A stretch of DNA of 64,000 bases from the NCBI GenBank assembly GCA_964500725.1, contig CAZCNP010000001.1:64766-128765 (forward strand), read 5' to 3'. This stretch comes from an uncultured Gammaproteobacteria bacterium. Lineage in GTDB: Bacteria; Patescibacteriota; Microgenomatia; Daviesbacterales; UBA10151. Position numbers and translations under genes: made by a program. The notes beneath the pieces were generated by a model. The model was not told the origin of the DNA and made no database searches. It worked only from the letters and a program-made list of their open reading frames with translations. This document shows positions 59,913 to 64,000 of the stretch, one piece after another (within the stretch, counting starts at the first letter, position 1; each line of letters begins with the position of its first letter).

Positions 59913-60918
59913 TTGCTTCAGCTAATGGATGATACTTTCGATGAGTTTCTTGAGCAAATCTATCAGAAGCATTAATATACCTGGTAGTAGTACCTAGAGA
60001 TTCATGTCCTAATAAAATCTGTATAGCAGCAGCAGAAGCACCATTCTCAGCCATATAAGTAGCAAAACCGTGTCTTAAGGAATGCGGAGTAGTTGGCAGA
60101 TTTATCCTCAAGGCCTCTCTATACTTTTGAATTTTTCCTTGGATATAACGAGCTGTTAGTCGCTGGGGTATACCTTTTCCTGTTGTCTTACTTTTAGTTG
60201 GTACAAATAGCGCCTGCTCTCGATCCTGTCTCAATTTTAAGTAACTCTCCAAACAAGACTTGGCACGATCGGTTAAATAAACAAATCTCTGTTTTCTTCC
60301 TTTACCGATTATAAAAATCCTACCCTCATCATTTAAATCGCGTTTATTCAGATTTACTAATTCGGAAATGCGCATCCCTGTAGAAAACAGGGTCTCTAAA
60401 ACTGCCCTATTTCTCGCACCAATCAGTGAGTGTTTTTCCAAACGAGAGGGACTTTCTATCAAAGCAACTAGATCTTGAAAATCTGCTACGTTCGGATGAG
60501 GCCTTCCCCGTTTGACCATCTTGAAGAAATCAGGGATAACCGGACAATCGTACTCCTGATCAATAAGAAACCTAATGTAGGCTCTCACCGCGGACAAACA
60601 TCTGTTAATACTAATAGCAGCCAATCTGCGTGACGATTTTTCCTTCAGGAAGGAAGTTTTCCGATCTTTTGACGCAAGATAAGCTTTGAATTCCAAAACA
60701 GAGCGTTTATCTAAATCTTTAATATATAGATTTCTCGATTCAAGAAAGTTGTCAAATAACAAAAGGTCGCTTTTATAATGGTAAATCGTCTCAGGAGAAT
60801 AATTATTGGTTTCCAAAAATAAATAGAAGTCTTCAATTAGATCCAACCTTAAGGCTTTATGATTACCAAAACTACTTTTAGGTTCAGACATTTTATTTAA
60901 GACCATTGAGTCTTTCAA
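59902..60918 (-). CDS. Second tyrosine recombinase/integrase (Xer-like)
   Basis: STGMRISEL, GKGRKQR, TPHSLRHGFAT, LGHESLGTTTRY. Confidence 0.92.
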   Translation of the reverse strand: MKDSMVLNKMSEPKSSFGNHKALRLDLIEDFYLFLETNNYSPETIYHYKSDLLLFDNFLESRNLYIKDLDKRSVLEFKAYLASKDRKTSFLKEKSSRRLAAISINRCLSAVRAYIRFLIDQEYDCPVIPDFFKMVKRGRPHPNVADFQDLVALIESPSRLEKHSLIGARNRAVLETLFSTGMRISELVNLNKRDLNDEGRIFIIGKGRKQRFVYLTDRAKSCLESYLKLRQDREQALFVPTKSKTTGKGIPQRLTARYIQGKIQKYREALRINLPTTPHSLRHGFATYMAENGASAAAIQILLGHESLGTTTRYINASDRFAQETHRKYHPLAEANDK

Positions 60919-61384
60919 AGATTAAATTAAGACCTTGATGTTCCGAATCGATTACAGTCTCAACTCTAGCCCGTCCCTTTTTTCTCTTAAAATCACCTGT
61001 GGATGGCCTTAAATAAAAAAATTGATCCCTTTTTATGGTATCTCTAGCAAAAACTAAGAATTTATATAAGTCGAGATTCTCTTCAAGTAACACAAAGACA
61101 TAATAATCTGATCTAGATCTTTTTAAGGCTCCAAATTGCCAACCCGAAGAATACGCTTTATCTACACCTTGTTTGGCATAACTATATGTAGAGCGCTTAC
61201 AGTTTCTGCTATAAATTGCTGTCTTAACTTCTAGAGTAATATTTCCTTCTATTATTATGTCTGCTAGGGTATTTATGTTTTGACTCCCAAGAATATAACA
61301 GTTAAAACCCTTTTTAAGTATTTCGGAATAGAGTAGTGCTTCACCTAATTTGCCCAAAATAGTCCTACTAGAGGAGTTTCTCAT
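60893..61384 (-). CDS. PD-(D/E)XK nuclease-like protein
   Basis: GKLGE...ADIII...LEVKT. Confidence 0.65.
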   Translation of the reverse strand: MRNSSSRTILGKLGEALLYSEILKKGFNCYILGSQNINTLADIIIEGNITLEVKTAIYSRNCKRSTYSYAKQGVDKAYSSGWQFGALKRSRSDYYVFVLLEENLDLYKFLVFARDTIKRDQFFYLRPSTGDFKRKKGRARVETVIDSEHQGLNLIFERLNGLK

Positions 61385-62273
61385 ATTTTCATATCTTAAT
61401 CCTTATACACCAATCTGTAAAATTTTATCATCATAGGTTAGCATGAATATCTTACTTGTAATGCTGATTACAAGAATAATACCAAGGCTAAATAGGTATT
61501 GTCAAGCATGAAATTAACAATAAGCTATATAATATTTAAGGGGTTGAAGTAATGTTAGATCATTACCAGTGGGTGGATCCTTACGGGGTGAAACTATTAA
61601 CACTATGAAGGCATTCTTACCCCTTTCTTTCCTATCTGAGCCTGCTCAGGCGCGAGGCCCTGGAAGGCCTCAAAAACGGCTTATTGGGGAGTAGGAGCTA
61701 TATACCTTCATCCAAAGTTTAGATTGTTATAGAGGGCCAAACTAAACATTAGTATAAAATAAAAAACTCCGGAATATAACTTAAAAAATTTGGACGGGAA
61801 TAACACAAAAATATGTACCAATAAAAGTTTATAATTCCTACCTTTTGTTCGCTTTATATTTCAACCAATCAGTCAAAGCAGGTCTCCTCCGTCAAAATGT
61901 ATATATCTCATATTGTACGACATCAAATGTAGGGAATTCACAACAATTCTCTAAAAGAGAAGAGAAGATCTAAGCAAGAGCTCGATATAAACAAACTCAT
62001 TACACTCATAAATAAAACAACACCATTACTGCTAACAGAGCAGACCTCTCCTCTAAGCAAGCTTCGGGTATTGTAAGAAGGAAACTAGCAGTTATCCACA
62101 AACGGTGACAATACAGGCACAAGTAGACCCCATAGTTTTTCTTCTTTGTGCCTATCAACTATATCATTCTATATCATTTATTCTTTTCACGAAAATACCC
62201 TATAATTTTTCACGACTCTACTCTGACTTTAGAGTTTTAATACTTCCCCACTTCCCCATCTTTATTGTATTTT

Positions 62274-62306
62274 AATTGTCAATTCTCAACTTTCAATTCT
62301 CAATTT
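62274..62306. repeat. Heptamer repeat AATTCTC-type x4.5
   Basis: aattgtc aattctc aactttc aattctc aattt. Confidence 0.75.
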
Positions 62307-62309
62307 ATT

Positions 62310-63092
62310 CTATCCACTCCAAGAAGTTGTAAAAAGACTAACAAAAAAGATTGCTGCCCCTATAAACGCATACTCCCAAATAATCCTTTGATTCAGCCTC
62401 CCCCTCAGATGCTGCGTAGTTAAGCCTAATAAGACATAAAGAGCTGTTGCCAAAGACAAAGCCTTTATGGTGATTGGAGAAGGCCAAAATGAAAAGCTCA
62501 AAGAAAGTTCCCCCAAAACCAAACTCAAAATTAAACTTTGAACTAGAATAGGCATATTTATTCTATCTTCCATATTAATAGACCAAAGTGTTTGCAGAAT
62601 CAGCAGGAAGCTTACTGCAAATACCACTACCCCATTCCAGAAAAACATCATGTTAAAAGCCAAAATTACATGATAAATAAAAAATGCTGAAAGCAAAGTA
62701 AAAAGAAGGCTGGTAGTTGAGGCTGCTCTATATAAAGGAATAGTCCTTAAGCTAGCCACGTTAAAGACGTTTTGGGCCAGCAGTAACAAATAAAAGGTCA
62801 AGCCAAAAACAAAAGCTACAGGCAGCCTGGTCAACCATCTAACTGGTAATAAAAAGTAAAAACTTGCCACAGCCACAGTAAAAAAAGTGGGTAAAATCAT
62901 CAGCACAATAGCCTTCGTAATATTTAAACCCTCCCAAAGAGACCAGAGCGAAAGAGCATATGCCAAAACTGCCAACCCTCCCAAAAATTTAAACCTTAAA
63001 TTAAAATCAACCATTTGTGTTGATAAAAGTCCTATAGTTAAAATAATGGCAGAGATAACTATTTTTTGTCTTTTATTTAGGCCTGGATTCAT
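62310..63092 (-). CDS. Multi-TM hypothetical membrane protein
   Basis: About 9 hydrophobic segments; NVFNVASLRTIPLYRAA. Confidence 0.75.
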   Translation of the reverse strand: MNPGLNKRQKIVISAIILTIGLLSTQMVDFNLRFKFLGGLAVLAYALSLWSLWEGLNITKAIVLMILPTFFTVAVASFYFLLPVRWLTRLPVAFVFGLTFYLLLLAQNVFNVASLRTIPLYRAASTTSLLFTLLSAFFIYHVILAFNMMFFWNGVVVFAVSFLLILQTLWSINMEDRINMPILVQSLILSLVLGELSLSFSFWPSPITIKALSLATALYVLLGLTTQHLRGRLNQRIIWEYAFIGAAIFFVSLFTTSWSG

Positions 63093-63101
63093 AGAGAGAC
63101 C

Positions 63102-63635
63102 TTACTTAGCCACCAGTTTTAACACATGACAAATAGCTATTGCCAAAGCATCTGTGGCATCATCCAAATGACCACCCTTCCTGTTAACTTTTAACTTATT
63201 TCTTTTTCTGCCATTAGTTCCTAAAAATTTCCTCACTCCTTCATGGACCTGATTTTTATCAGCCCTGCCTGAACCAGCCACCATTAGCTTTACCTGCAAG
63301 CCTGTATAGTCTTGAAAAGGCAATCTATTTTGAGCAGCTGTTAACATAATAACTCCCCTAGCCTGACCTACCATAATAGCTGTTCTGGTATTAGCCCCAA
63401 AAAATAACATCTCACACACCATCTGATCTGGCTGATACTTTTTAATCACATCGCTAAGCTCTCTATGAATCATGCTCAACCTGTCCTGCATTAATTTATC
63501 TTTAGGAGTGCTGATATTTCCATAAGTAATAAGCTCAATATCATAATCAAACTCTCTGCCGATAATGTCATCAGGCACTTTGATAATTCCATATCCAGTT
63601 GTAGCAGTTCCAGGATCAATCCCTAATATAATCAT
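63102..63635 (-). CDS. ruvC: Holliday junction resolvase
   Basis: ILGIDPG...TGYG, E.LFF, GQARG, G.G.ADK, DDATDALAIAICH. Confidence 0.95.
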   Translation of the reverse strand: MIILGIDPGTATTGYGIIKVPDDIIGREFDYDIELITYGNISTPKDKLMQDRLSMIHRELSDVIKKYQPDQMVCEMLFFGANTRTAIMVGQARGVIMLTAAQNRLPFQDYTGLQVKLMVAGSGRADKNQVHEGVRKFLGTNGRKRNKLKVNRKGGHLDDATDALAIAICHVLKLVAK

Positions 63636-64000
63636 AAAGTTAGGTCAAAATTTGTGTATACTTTTTGCACATCATCTAAATCCTCTAACCTTTCTGCAAA
63701 TTCTAGTACTTTTTTAGCAGATTCTGAATCATTTATTGTTACTAAAATGTTTGGTTTATAGACTAATCCTTGTGACTCTACTCCATACCCTCCCTGAGTA
63801 ATTTTATTACCCATAGTATTTAGTTCTGAGCTTTCTGTATATACCAAATACTTTTGTATATTATCCTCCAAATAATCCTCCACATCCTTTGCTCCCAAAT
63901 CTATAAGCTCTAACATTTCATCCTCTACTCCTCCACCTTTACTAACTACTTTAATCTCCCCACACCTATCAAACATATATGAAACACTTCCCTGTCCACC
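63632..64000 (-). CDS. yebC: YebC/PmpR family protein, C-terminal part (5'-truncated)
   Basis: YMFDR.G...LEDLDDVQKVYTN; yebC-ruvC synteny. Confidence 0.9.
   Translation of the reverse strand, partial: GGQGSVSYMFDRCGEIKVVSKGGGVEDEMLELIDLGAKDVEDYLEDNIQKYLVYTESSELNTMGNKITQGGYGVESQGLVYKPNILVTINDSESAKKVLEFAERLEDLDDVQKVYTNFDLTL

Larger units (their letters stand above)
59333..61928. mobile_element. Putative 2.6-kb integrase island bounded by imperfect 19-bp direct repeats
   Basis: atattgtgcgacaacaaat (59333) and atattgtacgacatcaaat (61910) enclose an integrase and two nuclease-like ORFs. Confidence 0.5.

Noticed and set aside
62092-62100. Perfect DnaA box TTATCCACA suggesting oriC
   Set aside because: Only one box was seen, with no cluster and no dnaA/dnaN nearby.

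Overview
AT-rich bacterial chromosome segment using genetic code 11 (TGA is a stop). Its gene content resembles Patescibacteria/CPR of the Microgenomates type; this is an inference from the PilQ-less type IV pilus locus, the cohesin-like surface proteins and the leaderless-type promoters. Layout: (1) recG-rpmF-nusB-acp-rnc-rpsP-khpA-trmD; (2) a ~25 kb minus-strand type IV pilus locus with pilB, pilT, pilC, pilD, pilMNO and 15 pilin-like genes, some fused to LamG or thrombospondin-1 domains, interrupted by four toxin-antitoxin-like pairs, an NYN gene and a small GIY-YIG nuclease; (3) holB-like, gyrB, serC-like, hicBA, murC, murI, murD, alr, ddl, def, gyrA; (4) a P-type ATPase, a Xer recombinase and a cluster of cohesin/dockerin/TSP1 surface proteins; (5) a small integrase island, ruvC and yebC. 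Most notable signals: (a) a 43-45 bp hairpin element sits exactly at the Gly-Phe-Thr prepilin cleavage motif of three pilin genes, and the same arm sequence brackets the GIY-YIG gene, suggesting a pilin-leader-targeting mobile system; (b) TA cassettes are repeatedly flanked by diverged duplicates of the neighbouring gene end (pilD 3' end, murC 5' end, a pilin 5' end, a promoter); (c) an identical 21-bp palindrome encoding SHIGSG lies in frame in three housekeeping genes. No rRNA, tRNA, CRISPR array or reverse transcriptase was recognised. All assignments are by eye; no searches were run.
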